A DNA stretch of 63,942 nt, filler included, from 7 parts of 7 records of this genome joined end to end with filler, not necessarily neighbours in it, one strand, 5' to 3'; counted from the first letter of the whole stretch, positions 1 through 10,558 are shown. Made by a program: numbers and translations. Notes: generated by a model from the sequence alone, not told the origin.

Positions 1-29
1 CCTTTCGCGGGCGGGGCCCGCTCCCACAA
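1..29. repeat. REP-like palindromic element, truncated by contig start
   Basis: cctttcgcgggcggggcccgctcccacaa; near-identical to 7502-7529 and 10591-10618 and to the reverse complement of 7383-7411. Confidence 0.85.
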
Positions 30-121
30 TAGCCTCGCCCGTCATGCATGCGAGGCTTGCCGCTTCCGGGCGGCGACCAGGAACCGTACCATGTCGGCAA
101 GCTGAAACGGAGAAGCCCGCG

Positions 122-574
122 ATGGCCCAAGACGATGAATTCTGGATGGCCCGGGCGCTGACGCTGGCGGAAAGCGCCGCCGGGGAAGGGGAGGTGCCGG
201 TGGGCGCGGTGGTGGTGCGCGACGGCGAGGTGATCGGCGAAGGCTGGAACCGGCCGATCATCGCCCATGATCCCACCGGCCACGCGGAAGTGAACGCCCT
301 GCGTGACGCCGCCGCTCGGGCGGGCAATTACCGGCTGTCCGGCGCCACCCTCTACGTCACCATCGAGCCCTGCACCATGTGCTTCGGCGCCTTGATGCAC
401 GCCCGCATTGCGCGGCTGGTGTACGGCGCCCGGGAACCCCGGGCCGGGGTCTGTGAAAGTCAGCTGGGTTTGCCTGAGCGGGGCTTCTACAACCACCGCA
501 TTGAAGTGACCGGCGGCGTTTGCGCGGAGCAAGCCGCGCAATTGCTGCGCGACTTCTTTCGGCAGCGCCGCTAG
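122..574 (+). CDS. tadA: tRNA adenosine(34) deaminase
   Basis: EVPVGAV, HAE, TLYVTIEPCTMC zinc motifs and FF near the C-terminus; convergent with mltF as in other gammaproteobacteria; start placed at ATG 122. Confidence 0.95.
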   Translation: MAQDDEFWMARALTLAESAAGEGEVPVGAVVVRDGEVIGEGWNRPIIAHDPTGHAEVNALRDAAARAGNYRLSGATLYVTIEPCTMCFGALMHARIARLVYGAREPRAGVCESQLGLPERGFYNHRIEVTGGVCAEQAAQLLRDFFRQRR

Positions 575-1995
575 TCCGCCAGGGCCACCATGTTCGCGCG
601 GTGGCGGTCGGAGTTGTTGGCCCACACCAGCAGGTCGTAGTAGCGGCGGATATGGCGCACGTACACCGCCGCCTGGCCGCCGGGGGCGGCGCCGTAGCGC
701 AGCTGGTTCACGTAGGCCGGGTCGTCGAGCAGGGTGAGGCGGGTTTTCACGTCCTGCCACAGGTCCGGGTTGTCGCCCTGGCGCTCGGTGAGCACGCGGG
801 CGTCTTCCAGGTGGCCCATACCCATGTTGTAGGCGGCCAGCGCCATCCAGGTGCGGTCCGGCTCCTGGATGCGGTCCGGCACCCGGTCGTGCAGCTTACG
901 CAGGTAGGCGGCGCCGGCACGGATGCTCTGGGCCGGGTCGGTGCGGTCGGAGACGCCCATTTCCCGGGCGGTGCGGTTGGTCAGCATCATCAGGCCCTCG
1001 ACCCCGGTGGGGGAGATCGCCTGGGCGTCCCACAGGGATTCCTGATAGGCCATCGCCGCCAGCAGGCGCCAGTCGAAGCCGGCGTCCACGGACGCTTCCT
1101 GGAATTGGGCGGTGTAGCTGGGCAGGCGGTCGTCCATATGGCGGATAAAACTGCGCGCCGCGTACAGGTTGAACTGGTCCACGTGGCCGTAGAAACGGTT
1201 CGCCAGCCGGGTGGTGGTGCCGTCCGCCTTGGCCTGGGTCAAGAAGCGCTGCGCCGCCAGATAGAGGCTGCGGTCGTCGTTGGCGCGGAACGCCCACGCC
1301 AGGCCCTGATCCACGCTCAGGGTGAAGCCGGACGCCAGGTCCGGAAACAGCGAGCGGTGGATCGCATAGGCGTTGGAGTTGATCAGGGCGTAGTCGCCGT
1401 CGCCTTGCTCGACCAGGGCCAGCAACTGCTCGGCGGTGGCGTTCTCCACCTGCTCGAAGCTCAGTTCCGGGTGGTCCAGCTGCGCCGCCACCAGCATGTC
1501 CGCGTGGCGGCTGCCGGCGCGCACCAGCACCTCCTTGCCGATCAGGTCGGTGATCTCGGCGGGGCGCTGGTCACCCAGGCGGTACATCACCAGGGTGTCC
1601 ACGTTCTGGTAGGGGGTGCTGTAGCGCAGCGCTTGGTCGCCGTCGTGGCCGGCCAGCAGGGCGGATGCGGCCAGATCGGCCTTACCGCGGCGCACCGCGT
1701 ACTTAAGGTCGGAGGTGCTGTCCACCTCCAGCAGGCGCAGTTCCACGCCCAGGCGCTCGGCAAAGCCGCGCGCCAGCTCGTATTCCATGCCGGTGAGGCC
1801 GTTGGGGTCACGGTAGACGGTGGTCAGTGAGGGCCGGGTGGCCACCACCAGCTCGCCCCGCGCCTGGACACGTTCCAGGGCGGTGGGGGTGGGGCGCATC
1901 GCCACCATCAGCCCGACCGCGCCAAGCAGCGCGAGCGGGGCGATAAGCTGTCGGCCGGGGCGGAGGAAACCGCGAAGCCGTTGTAGCACTGTCAT
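571..1995 (-). CDS. mltF: Membrane-bound lytic murein transglycosylase F
   Basis: N-terminal hydrophobic segment, PBP-like domain, SLT motifs AYQESLW, GLMML, ALAAYNMG; tadA-mltF-purL synteny; start chosen at ATG 1995 downstream of GAGG. Confidence 0.93.
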   Translation of the reverse strand: MTVLQRLRGFLRPGRQLIAPLALLGAVGLMVAMRPTPTALERVQARGELVVATRPSLTTVYRDPNGLTGMEYELARGFAERLGVELRLLEVDSTSDLKYAVRRGKADLAASALLAGHDGDQALRYSTPYQNVDTLVMYRLGDQRPAEITDLIGKEVLVRAGSRHADMLVAAQLDHPELSFEQVENATAEQLLALVEQGDGDYALINSNAYAIHRSLFPDLASGFTLSVDQGLAWAFRANDDRSLYLAAQRFLTQAKADGTTTRLANRFYGHVDQFNLYAARSFIRHMDDRLPSYTAQFQEASVDAGFDWRLLAAMAYQESLWDAQAISPTGVEGLMMLTNRTAREMGVSDRTDPAQSIRAGAAYLRKLHDRVPDRIQEPDRTWMALAAYNMGMGHLEDARVLTERQGDNPDLWQDVKTRLTLLDDPAYVNQLRYGAAPGGQAAVYVRHIRRYYDLLVWANNSDRHRANMVALAD

Positions 1996-2285
1996 ATCCG
2001 TTGATACCTCTGCTGGGTGTACTCCAGACAGGTCGGTACGGCCCGTGCCGTCCATCGCCGGACCCGGAAATCGGGGCGCTCGCCCCCGGGTCGGCTGTGA
2101 CCTACATCACGTGTGCGCGGCGAATCTACCATCGGAACTGGTCAAAAATCCATCATTTTTGTCCAACAATCATATTTGCTTGCATCTTTTCGGCCCCCGC
2201 GGCGCGCGCATAGGAATTCGGGCGGCCATCCCTTATCATTGCGATCCTTATTTCTCCCCCTGCACGTAAAGGAAAAGCCGACCCC

Positions 2286-5200
2286 ATGCTGATCCTCCCC
2301 GGTAGCCCGGCCCTATCCGCGTTTAGAAAGGAAAAACTGCTGGAGGCTCTGCCCCAGGCAGAGGCTCTGTCCGCCCGTTTCGTGCACTTCGTGGAGCTGT
2401 CTCCAACGGAGGGCGACGCCGGGCTGGATGAGCGCGAGCGCCAGGTGCTCGACAGCCTGCTGGAATACGGTCCCAGCCTCGAAGACGCGGCCGTGGAAGA
2501 GAGCGGCAGTGAAACCTTCGTGGTGGTGCCCCGCCCGGGCACGGTGTCGCCGTGGTCGTCCAAGGCCACCGACATCTGCCACAACGCCGGCCTCGCCAAG
2601 GTGGCGCGGGTGGAGCGCGGCATCGAGTACCGGCTCAAGCTCAACGGTCCGGCGGACCGGGGCGAGCTGGCGGCGGCGTTGCACGATCGCATGGTGGAAG
2701 CGGTGCTCGACCGGCTGGAGGACGCCGAGGTGCTGTTCACCCACCACCGGCCGCGCCCGCTGACCAGCGTGGACGTGATCGGCGGCGGCCGCGAGGCGCT
2801 GGCCACCGCCAACGGCGAGCTGGGCCTGGCGCTGGCGGAGGATGAAATCGACTACCTGGCGGAGCGCTTCACCGCCCTGGGGCGCAACCCCTCGGACGCC
2901 GAGCTGATGATGTTCGCCCAGGCCAATTCCGAGCACTGCCGCCACAAGATCTTCAACGCGGACTGGACCATCGACGGTCAGGAGCAGGACCTCAGCCTGT
3001 TCGCCATGATCCGCAACACCTACAAGCACGCCAGCGAGGGCGTGCTCAGCGCCTACAGCGATAACGCGGCGGTGGTGGCCGGCCCGGTGGCGGACCGCTT
3101 CTACCCGGACCCGGGCAACGCCGGCTATCCGTGTGAGTACCGCTACCGCAACGAGCCGGTGCACATGCTGATGAAGGTGGAGACCCACAACCATCCCACC
3201 GCCATCGCCCCACGCCCCGGCGCGGCCACCGGCGCCGGCGGCGAGATCCGTGACGAGGGCGCCACCGGCCGCGGCGGCAAGCCCAAGGCCGGCCTCACCG
3301 GCTTTTCCGTGTCCAACCTGTGCATCCCCGGTTTCCGCCAGCCCTGGGAAGACGACTACGGCCGCCCCGGGCGCATCGCCTCGCCGCTGGACATCATGAT
3401 CGACGGGCCGCTGGGCGGCGCCGCCTTTAATAACGAGTTCGGCCGGCCCAACCTGTGCGGCTACTTCCGCACCCTGGAAATACAGGCGCCGGGCGTGGCC
3501 GGCGACGAACGCCGCGGCTACCACAAGCCGATCATGATCGCCGGCGGGCTGGGCAACGTCCGCGACGGCGACGTGCACAAGAAACCGATTCCGCCGGGCG
3601 CCAAGATCATCGTGATCGGCGGCCCGGCCATGCTGATCGGCCTGGGCGGCGGCGCCGCCAGTTCCATGGCCAGCGGCGAATCCGACGAAGCGCTGGATTT
3701 CGCCTCGGTGCAGCGCGACAACCCGGAAATCGAGCGCCGCGTCCAGGAAGTGATCGACCGCTGCTGGGCGCTGGGCGAGCACAATCCGATTGTGTCGATC
3801 CACGACGTGGGCGCCGGCGGCCTGTCCAACGCGCTGCCGGAGCTGGTCCACGACCACGACCGGGGCGCCAAACTGTCGCTGCGCGCCATCCCCAGCGCCG
3901 AACCGGGCATGAGCCCGGTGGAAATCTGGTGCAACGAAGCCCAGGAGCGCTATGTGCTGGCGGTGCTGCCGGAGGACCTGGAGCGCTTCGAGGCGCTGTG
4001 TGAGCGCGAGCGCGCGCCGTTCGCGGTGCTCGGCGAGGCCACCGAAGCGGAACACCTGGAGGTGGCCGACGACCACTTCGGCGACGCGCCGGTGGACCTG
4101 CCCATGGACCTGCTGTTCGGCAAGCCGCCGAAAATGCAGCGCGCCTACGACCGGGAAGATTTCGAGCGCCAGCCGTTCACCACCGAAGGCATTGAGCTTA
4201 AGGACGCCATCGAGCGGGTCATGCGCCTGCCCACGGTGGCCTCCAAGAATTTCCTGATCACCATCGGCGACCGGTCGGTGACCGGCCTGGTGCACCGTGA
4301 TCAGATGGTCGGCCCCTGGCAGGTGCCGGTGGCCGACTGCGCGGTGACCGCCACCGGTTACAACCAGCGCACCGGTGAAGCCATGGCGATGGGCGAGCGC
4401 ACCCCGGTAGCGCTGGTCAACGCGGCCGCCTCCGGCCGCATGGCGGTGGCGGAAACCCTCACCAACCTGGCCGGCGCCCACATCGGCTCGCTGGGCCAGA
4501 TCCGCCTGTCCGCCAACTGGATGGCCGCCGCCGGCCACCCGGGCGAGGACCAGGCCCTGTTCGAAACCGTGAAAGCGGTGGGCATAGAGCTGTGCCCGAA
4601 GCTGGGCATCGCCATCCCGGTGGGCAAGGACTCCCTGTCCATGCGCACCCTGTGGCAGGAAAAAGGCATCGACAAGAGCGTGGTGGCGCCGCTGTCGCTG
4701 ATCGTCTCCGGTTTCGCCAACGTCACCGACATCGGCCTGACCGCCACGCCGCAGCTCAAAACCGGCCTGGACAGCGAGCTGCTGCTGATCGACCTGGGCC
4801 GCGGCAAGAACCGCCTGGCCGGCTCGGCGCTGGCCCAGGTGTTCGGCAAGGTCGGCGATGTGGCGCCGGACCTGGATGACGCCGACGATCTGATCGCCTT
4901 CTTCGAGGTGACCCAGCGGCTGCTGGCGGAAGAGCGCCTGCTCGCCTACCACGATCGCTCCGACGGCGGCCTGTTCACCACCCTGGCGGAGATGGCGTTC
5001 GCCGGCCGCACCGGCGTGGACATCGTGCTGGACAACATCGCCGGTGACGGCCCTGAGGCCGTGGCGGCGCTGTTCGCCGAGGAGGCCGGCGCGGTGATCC
5101 AGGTGCGCGCCGCCGACGTGCAGGCGGTGCGCCAGCGTTACCAGGACGCCGGCCTGGGCGGCTGCGTGCACAGCGTCGGCACCGTCAACGACGAGGACGT

Positions 5201-6203
5201 GGTGCGCCTGCGCCTGGGCGGCGCGGTGCTGCGCGAACGCCCGCGCTGGGGCCTGCAGCGGCTGTGGTCCGAGACCAGCTATCGCATCCAGGCGCTGCGC
5301 GACAACCCGGATTGCGCCCGCCAGGAGTTCGAATCGATCGCCGATTCCAACGACCCGGGCCTGAACGTGCGCCTCACCTTCGACATGAGCGAGGACGTGG
5401 CCACTCCGTTCATCAATACCGGTGCCCGCCCCAAGGTGGCGATCCTGCGCGAGCAGGGCGTTAACGGCCACATGGAAATGGCCGCCGCCTTCGACCGCGC
5501 CGGTTTCAGCGCCATGGATGTGCACATGAGCGACCTGCTCGCCGGCCGCGTGAGTCTGGACGACATGAAAGGCCTGGTGGCGTGCGGCGGCTTCTCCTAC
5601 GGCGACGTGCTGGGCGCCGGCGAGGGCTGGGCCAAGAGCATTCTCTACAACCCGGGCCTGCGCGACGCCTTCAACCGCTTCTTCTTCCGTGAGGACACCT
5701 TCTCGCTGGGGGTATGCAACGGCTGCCAGATGCTGTCCAACCTGAAGGATCTGATCCCCGGCGCCGAGCACTGGCCGCACTTCGTGCGCAACCTGAGCGA
5801 GCAGTTCGAGGCGCGCACCTCGCTGGTGGAGATCCAGGACTCGCCGTCCATACTGCTGCGCGACATGGCCGGCACCCGCCTGCCGATTGCCGTGGCCCAC
5901 GGTGAGGGCCGCGCTGAGATCAGCGACCAGGATCTCAACCGCAACATCGAACAGCGGCTGCTGGCGCTGCGCTACGTGGACAGCCTGGGCAACCCGGCGG
6001 AGCAGTACCCCGCCAACCCCGGCGGCAGTCCGCAGGGCGTCACCGGCTTCACCACCCGCGACGGCCGGGCCACCATCATGATGCCGCACCCGGAGCGGGT
6101 GTTCCGCGTGCTGCAGAACAGCTGGATCCCGGACGACTGGCGCCGGTTTGAGAACGGGCCCTGGTATCGGTTGTTTGCCAATGCCCGCAAATGGGTCGGG
6201 TGA
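2286..6203 (+). CDS. purL: Phosphoribosylformylglycinamidine synthase (large single-chain type)
   Basis: 1305 aa; [47 protein letters not shown]. Confidence 0.99.
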   Translation: MLILPGSPALSAFRKEKLLEALPQAEALSARFVHFVELSPTEGDAGLDERERQVLDSLLEYGPSLEDAAVEESGSETFVVVPRPGTVSPWSSKATDICHNAGLAKVARVERGIEYRLKLNGPADRGELAAALHDRMVEAVLDRLEDAEVLFTHHRPRPLTSVDVIGGGREALATANGELGLALAEDEIDYLAERFTALGRNPSDAELMMFAQANSEHCRHKIFNADWTIDGQEQDLSLFAMIRNTYKHASEGVLSAYSDNAAVVAGPVADRFYPDPGNAGYPCEYRYRNEPVHMLMKVETHNHPTAIAPRPGAATGAGGEIRDEGATGRGGKPKAGLTGFSVSNLCIPGFRQPWEDDYGRPGRIASPLDIMIDGPLGGAAFNNEFGRPNLCGYFRTLEIQAPGVAGDERRGYHKPIMIAGGLGNVRDGDVHKKPIPPGAKIIVIGGPAMLIGLGGGAASSMASGESDEALDFASVQRDNPEIERRVQEVIDRCWALGEHNPIVSIHDVGAGGLSNALPELVHDHDRGAKLSLRAIPSAEPGMSPVEIWCNEAQERYVLAVLPEDLERFEALCERERAPFAVLGEATEAEHLEVADDHFGDAPVDLPMDLLFGKPPKMQRAYDREDFERQPFTTEGIELKDAIERVMRLPTVASKNFLITIGDRSVTGLVHRDQMVGPWQVPVADCAVTATGYNQRTGEAMAMGERTPVALVNAAASGRMAVAETLTNLAGAHIGSLGQIRLSANWMAAAGHPGEDQALFETVKAVGIELCPKLGIAIPVGKDSLSMRTLWQEKGIDKSVVAPLSLIVSGFANVTDIGLTATPQLKTGLDSELLLIDLGRGKNRLAGSALAQVFGKVGDVAPDLDDADDLIAFFEVTQRLLAEERLLAYHDRSDGGLFTTLAEMAFAGRTGVDIVLDNIAGDGPEAVAALFAEEAGAVIQVRAADVQAVRQRYQDAGLGGCVHSVGTVNDEDVVRLRLGGAVLRERPRWGLQRLWSETSYRIQALRDNPDCARQEFESIADSNDPGLNVRLTFDMSEDVATPFINTGARPKVAILREQGVNGHMEMAAAFDRAGFSAMDVHMSDLLAGRVSLDDMKGLVACGGFSYGDVLGAGEGWAKSILYNPGLRDAFNRFFFREDTFSLGVCNGCQMLSNLKDLIPGAEHWPHFVRNLSEQFEARTSLVEIQDSPSILLRDMAGTRLPIAVAHGEGRAEISDQDLNRNIEQRLLALRYVDSLGNPAEQYPANPGGSPQGVTGFTTRDGRATIMMPHPERVFRVLQNSWIPDDWRRFENGPWYRLFANARKWVG

Positions 6204-6207
6204 AGGC

Positions 6208-6242
6208 AGTTAATAGTTAAGAGTTAATAGTTAACAGTGGAA
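6208..6242 (+). repeat. AT-rich heptamer tandem repeat (AGTTAAN x4 plus a degenerate copy)
   Basis: agttaat-agttaag-agttaat-agttaac-agtggaa directly after the purL stop. Confidence 0.85.
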
Positions 6243-6290
6243 AGCGAAGTCAAAAGACTGGGCGCTTTTGCGGGATTGGAGTGGGGGAGT

Positions 6291-7010
6291 ATGGCGGACG
6301 AGATGTATAACTATTTTGATATGTTGATCGCGGAGTCGCCGGAGCCGACGGCGGTGTCCGAGCGGCGTCGGGAGCTGGCCAGCGAGTTGAAGGCGATCAG
6401 TGAGCAGTTGATTCGTCTGGACGCGGATGAGGCGGCGCTGGCGGAGTACACTGAGCAGGCGCGGGCGTTGCGTGAGCGCCTGGAAGGGCATGGCCATCGC
6501 AGCATGCGCGATATTCTTGGCCGGCTGATTGTCGGCAAGGGCAGCCGCCAGGACGCGCTGGATATGGCCGACTTTGAAATCCTGACCGGCCAGGCGACGC
6601 CGCTGTCGCCGCCGCTGGAGCTGTGGCTGGACGGCGACACCGTGCGCGGCCGCGCCACCTTCGGGCGGCTGTTCATGGGCCCGCCGGGCAAGGTGCACGG
6701 TGGCGTGCTGTCCCTGGCCCTGGATATGCTGATGGCCAAGTGTCAGGATTTCGTCACCGGCCTCGGCATGACCGGCACGCTCAACATCCGCTATATGGCG
6801 CCCACGCCGCTGAATACGGAGATCCGCTTTGAGTCCCGCGTGACCAAAGTGGAAGGCCGCAAGCTGCTCACCGAAGCCAAGGTGTTCGCCGGCGACACCC
6901 AGACCGTGTCCGCCACCGGCGTGTGGATTTCATCCCAGGGCAACTATCAGTTGCGCGACGCCTACGCGCACCTGGCCGAGCCCGCCGACAACGACCGCGA
7001 GACCGCCTGA
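6291..7010 (+). CDS. PaaI-family (hotdog fold) thioesterase
   Basis: GPPGKVHGG motif followed by MTGTLNIRY..PTP and GRK; ATG 6291 preceded by GGAGTGGGGGAGT. Confidence 0.85.
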   Translation: MADEMYNYFDMLIAESPEPTAVSERRRELASELKAISEQLIRLDADEAALAEYTEQARALRERLEGHGHRSMRDILGRLIVGKGSRQDALDMADFEILTGQATPLSPPLELWLDGDTVRGRATFGRLFMGPPGKVHGGVLSLALDMLMAKCQDFVTGLGMTGTLNIRYMAPTPLNTEIRFESRVTKVEGRKLLTEAKVFAGDTQTVSATGVWISSQGNYQLRDAYAHLAEPADNDRETA

Positions 7011-7037
7011 ACCCGGGCGGTCCGCCAGGGAGGCCCG

Positions 7038-7361
7038 ATGACCGTCTACAAGCTTTGTTTCTACGTCCCCGAAGAGCATGCCGAAGCAGTGAAGAACGCC
7101 GTCTTCGAGGCCGGCGCCGGCCGCATCGGCAACTACGATTGCTGCAGCTTTCAGGTCGCCGGCCAGGGGCAGTTCCGGCCCCTCGAAGGCAGCGACCCCT
7201 ACATAGGCGGCCAGGGCGAGATCGAAACGGTGCGCGAATTCCGGGTGGAAACCATCTGCATGGAAGACCACCTCAAAGCCGCCCTCAGCGCCTTGCGGCT
7301 GGCGCACCCCTACGAAGAGCCCGCCATCGACCTGTGGCGGCTCGAGGACCTGCCGGGCTAG
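7038..7361 (+). CDS. YqfO / NIF3 insertion-domain-like small protein
   Basis: YKLCFYVP, AGAGRIGNYDCCSF, HPYEEPA; GGAGG RBS. Confidence 0.9.
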   Translation: MTVYKLCFYVPEEHAEAVKNAVFEAGAGRIGNYDCCSFQVAGQGQFRPLEGSDPYIGGQGEIETVREFRVETICMEDHLKAALSALRLAHPYEEPAIDLWRLEDLPG

Positions 7362-7382
7362 GTTCGGACCAGCGTGCGGGCT

Positions 7383-7529
7383 TTGTGCGAGCGGGCCCAG
7401 CCCGCGAAAGGCCGGCGAATGCCGGCCGGCAGGATCCCAGAGAGCTCTCTAACGGCAGCACAAACAAGGTCTCTGGAATCCTGCCGGGCGACCTGGGTCG
7501 CCCTTTCGCGGGCAGACCCGCTCCCACAA
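7383..7529. repeat. Inverted doublet of composite REP-like units (REPIN/BIME-like) between convergent genes
   Basis: Left unit 7383-7443 and right unit 7468-7529 are approximate reverse complements, separated by a ~24-nt spacer. Confidence 0.88.
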
Positions 7530-7531
7530 GT

Positions 7532-8092
7532 TCAGCCGTCCAGCGAAGGTTTGCGCTTCAAAGGCGGGATGTCCTGGGTGCGCACCGGAAACTCATTGCC
7601 GTTCGCGCGGTCCTGGATAAAGAACTTCAGCGTCCGGCCGATGGTGGGGAAGGCGAGCTCGTCCCAGGGAATCTCATCCTCGGAGAACAGGCCGGCGTCG
7701 GCGCTTTCGTCGCCCACGCCGTAGTCGCCGTTGACCATCTCGCTGAGGAAGAACATGTAGACCTGGTTAATGTGCGGCAGGTTGAACACCGTGTACAGGT
7801 CGCCGATCGCCACGGTGGCGCAGGCTTCTTCCCAGGTTTCCCGGGCGGCGCCTTCCTGCAGGGTCTCGCCGTTTTCCATATAGCCGGCGGGCAGGGTCCA
7901 GTAGCCGACCCGCGGCTCGATGGAGCGTTTGCAGAGCAGGAAGCGGCCTTCCCAGACCGGGATCGCGCCGACCACGATCTTCGGGTTCTGGTAGTGGATC
8001 ACGCCGCAGTGGTTGCACCAATAGCGGGGCCGGTTATCCCCTTCGGGGATGGAGAACAGGATCTCTTCGCCGCAATGGCTGCAATATTTCAT
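7532..8092 (-). CDS. Nudix hydrolase with N-terminal zinc ribbon
   Basis: MKYCSHCG...[39 protein letters not shown]udix box. Confidence 0.93.
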   Translation of the reverse strand: MKYCSHCGEEILFSIPEGDNRPRYWCNHCGVIHYQNPKIVVGAIPVWEGRFLLCKRSIEPRVGYWTLPAGYMENGETLQEGAARETWEEACATVAIGDLYTVFNLPHINQVYMFFLSEMVNGDYGVGDESADAGLFSEDEIPWDELAFPTIGRTLKFFIQDRANGNEFPVRTQDIPPLKRKPSLDG

Positions 8093-8295
8093 TGATGCTC
8101 TCGCCTGCTTATGGAACCTCATCGGGGCGCCTGGCCGCCGGCCGGCATGATGAGGAAACGACAGCCTAATGGCTTGGCGGTGGATCGGCAATTAGGGCGT
8201 TTTCACGGGCTCCGCCGTGAATAGAGGGCATCCGGCCTTGCCCGGTGCCCGAGGCCTGTTCAAACTGGTGTTTGAAATAAAACTGGGAGTACCCC

Positions 8296-8877
8296 GTGCT
8301 AGAAAAACTCCGGCAGCGCATGTCGGCCTACCCTTTCAATGATTTACCGGTGGATTTGCCGGAAGCGGCCGTGCTGATGCCGTTCGTGGACCAGCCCGAC
8401 CCGGAACTGATTCTCACCGTCCGCGCCCAGGGCATGCCCACCCACGCCGGCGAGGTGGCGTTTCCGGGCGGTAAACGGGACCCCGGCGACCGCGATCTGT
8501 TGCACACCGCCCTGCGTGAAAGCCATGAGGAGGTGGGGCTGGCCCAGCGTGAAGTGGAGGTGATCGGCCAGCTGTCGCCGCTGGCGTCCCGGTTCGGCAT
8601 GAAGGTGACCCCGTTCGTGGGCGTGGTGCGGGCCGGGGTGGATCTGACCCCCGAGCCCGGCGAGATCGAGACCATCTTCCAGGTGCCGTTGAGCTTCTTC
8701 CTGGAAGAAGAGCCGGAGCTGTCGCCGCCGATCGACTTTTACGGCCGCCGCCTGTGCATGCCCAGCTATTATTACGAGGACAAGCGGATCTGGGGGCTGA
8801 CCGCCTTTATGATCCTGGACTTGATCAATCATGTGTACGACGCCGATGTGCGTTTCGACCTGACGGGTGAAAAATGA
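8296..8877 (+). CDS. CoA pyrophosphatase (NudL/Nudt7-like Nudix)
   Basis: AAVL, HAGEVAFPGGK, ALRESHEEVGL, IWGLTA; GTG start after GGGAG. Confidence 0.92.
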   Translation: MLEKLRQRMSAYPFNDLPVDLPEAAVLMPFVDQPDPELILTVRAQGMPTHAGEVAFPGGKRDPGDRDLLHTALRESHEEVGLAQREVEVIGQLSPLASRFGMKVTPFVGVVRAGVDLTPEPGEIETIFQVPLSFFLEEEPELSPPIDFYGRRLCMPSYYYEDKRIWGLTAFMILDLINHVYDADVRFDLTGEK

Positions 8878-9407
8878 TCTATAAACTGGAAGGCCGCCGC
8901 GTGGAAATGCGGGGTGAAGGCCAATGGGTGGCGCCCAACGCCACGGTGATCGGTTCGGTGGTGCTGGGCGCTAACAGCAGCGTCTGGTTCGGCGCGGTGA
9001 TCCGCGGCGACAACGACCTGATCGAGATCGGTGACAACACCAACGTGCAGGAAAATTCCGTACTGCACGTGGACCCGGGCGTGCCGATGAAGATCGGCAA
9101 CGGCGTCACCGTCGGTCACAAGGTCATGCTGCACGGCTGCACCATCGGCGATAACAGCCTGATCGGTATCAACGCGGTGGTGCTGAACAAGGCGAAAATC
9201 GGCAAGAACTGCATCATCGGCGCCCACGCCCTGGTGCCCGAGGGCATGGAAATCCCCGATAATTCCCTGGTGATGGGCGCGCCGGCCAAGGTGGTCAAGG
9301 AGATCTCCGATGGCCACAAGGCGATGCTGACCATGAGCAGCCAGCACTACGCCGCCCACGCCAAACACTTCGATGAGCACCTGGAAGTCGATGAGCGCTT
9401 TCAATAA
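8874..9407 (+). CDS. Gamma carbonic anhydrase family / hexapeptide repeat protein
   Basis: SVWFGAVIRGD, NVQENSVLH, GHKVMLHGC; ATGA overlap with upstream gene. Confidence 0.93.
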   Translation: MIYKLEGRRVEMRGEGQWVAPNATVIGSVVLGANSSVWFGAVIRGDNDLIEIGDNTNVQENSVLHVDPGVPMKIGNGVTVGHKVMLHGCTIGDNSLIGINAVVLNKAKIGKNCIIGAHALVPEGMEIPDNSLVMGAPAKVVKEISDGHKAMLTMSSQHYAAHAKHFDEHLEVDERFQ

Positions 9408-9621
9408 CCGGCCGGAATTCCCGGAAGCCCCGGTGTCGCCCTGCGTATCGATCTGCGCCCTGGACCGGGACGATATCTGCGTGGGGTGCTTCCGCACCGG
9501 CCGCGAGATCAGCTATTGGGGCCTGCTGCCCGTGGAAGAGCGCCGCGAGGTGCTGGTCCGCTGCCAGCAGCGCATGGCCGGCGAACCGGCGCCGTGCATG
9601 GTGACGAAGGAGCAGCCATGA
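9391..9621 (+). CDS. DUF1289 family small Cys-rich protein
   Basis: SPCVSICALD..DICVGCFRTGREI..W signature. Confidence 0.88.
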   Translation: MSAFNNRPEFPEAPVSPCVSICALDRDDICVGCFRTGREISYWGLLPVEERREVLVRCQQRMAGEPAPCMVTKEQP

Positions 9622-9659
9622 GCGAGGTAGAGCAGCCGTGAGCGAGACGGAGCAGCCGT
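9610..9659 (+). repeat. 2.5-copy 20-nt tandem repeat creating a 7-codon ORF (9618-9641, MSEVEQP)
   Basis: gagcagccatgagcgaggta / gagcagccgtgagcgagacg / gagcagccgt. Confidence 0.85.
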
Positions 9660-10558
9660 TACTGCCCGCCCGTCCCCGGGTGGGGTTGGCGCTGGGCAGC
9701 GGGTCCGCCCGGGGATGGGCGCACATCGGCATTATTCAGGCGCTGGAAGAGCGCGGCATCGAAATCGACGTGGTGGCGGGCACCTCCATCGGCGCCCTGG
9801 TGGGCGGGGCCTACGTCAGCGGCGCGCTGAAGGAGTTCGGTGACTGGGTGCGCACCCTGACCACCAAGGACGTCTTCGGACTGATGGATTTCACTTTCTC
9901 CGGCGGGGTGGTGAAGGGGGAAAAGCTGTTCGGCTTTTTCGAGAAGCTGCACAGCAACCCCAATATCGAAGACCTGGAAAAGCGGTTCGTCACCGTCGCC
10001 ACGGACATGAAAAGCGGCCGCGAAGTGTGGATCAGCAAGGGGCCGGTGCTGGACGCCGCCCGCGCCTCCTGCGCGCTGCCCGGGCTGTTCTCGCCCCTGC
10101 AGCACCAGCGGCGCTGGATGCTGGACGGCGGCCTGGTCAACCCGGTGCCGGTGTCGGCGGCGCGGGCGTTCGGCGCCGATGTGGTGATCGCGGTGAACCT
10201 GAACGCCCAGCTGGTGGGCGCGCACCTGTCCCGCCAGACACCGCCGGAGGGTGGCGACAGCGACGAGGACCGCAGCCTGTGGCAGAAGATGACCCACTAC
10301 TTCTCGTCCCAGGACGGCGGCCCGCCGGGCTTCTTCGATGTGGTGGCGTCCAGCGTCAATATCATGCAGGACCGCATCACCCGCTCGCGGATGGCCGGTG
10401 ACCCGCCGGAAGTCACGCTGATTCCGCTGCTGGAGGATTTCGCGCTGATGGACTTCCACCGCGCCGGGGAAGCCATCGACGAAGGCTACCGGCTGGTGGA
10501 GCGGCATGAAGGGGATATTTTCGCTTGGGTGGGGGCGCCGGACGCGGGCAGAGTGTAG
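9638..10558 (+). CDS. Patatin-like phospholipase (RssA/NTE family)
   Basis: LALGSGSARGWAH, GTSIG catalytic Ser, DGG catalytic Asp. Confidence 0.93.
   Translation: MSETEQPLLPARPRVGLALGSGSARGWAHIGIIQALEERGIEIDVVAGTSIGALVGGAYVSGALKEFGDWVRTLTTKDVFGLMDFTFSGGVVKGEKLFGFFEKLHSNPNIEDLEKRFVTVATDMKSGREVWISKGPVLDAARASCALPGLFSPLQHQRRWMLDGGLVNPVPVSAARAFGADVVIAVNLNAQLVGAHLSRQTPPEGGDSDEDRSLWQKMTHYFSSQDGGPPGFFDVVASSVNIMQDRITRSRMAGDPPEVTLIPLLEDFALMDFHRAGEAIDEGYRLVERHEGDIFAWVGAPDAGRV

Noticed and set aside
2313..6089. 1258-aa antisense ORF opposite purL (also 520-1830, 9659-10507, 6923-8095)
   Set aside because: Shadow ORFs caused by high-GC codon bias on the coding strand; no recognisable motifs
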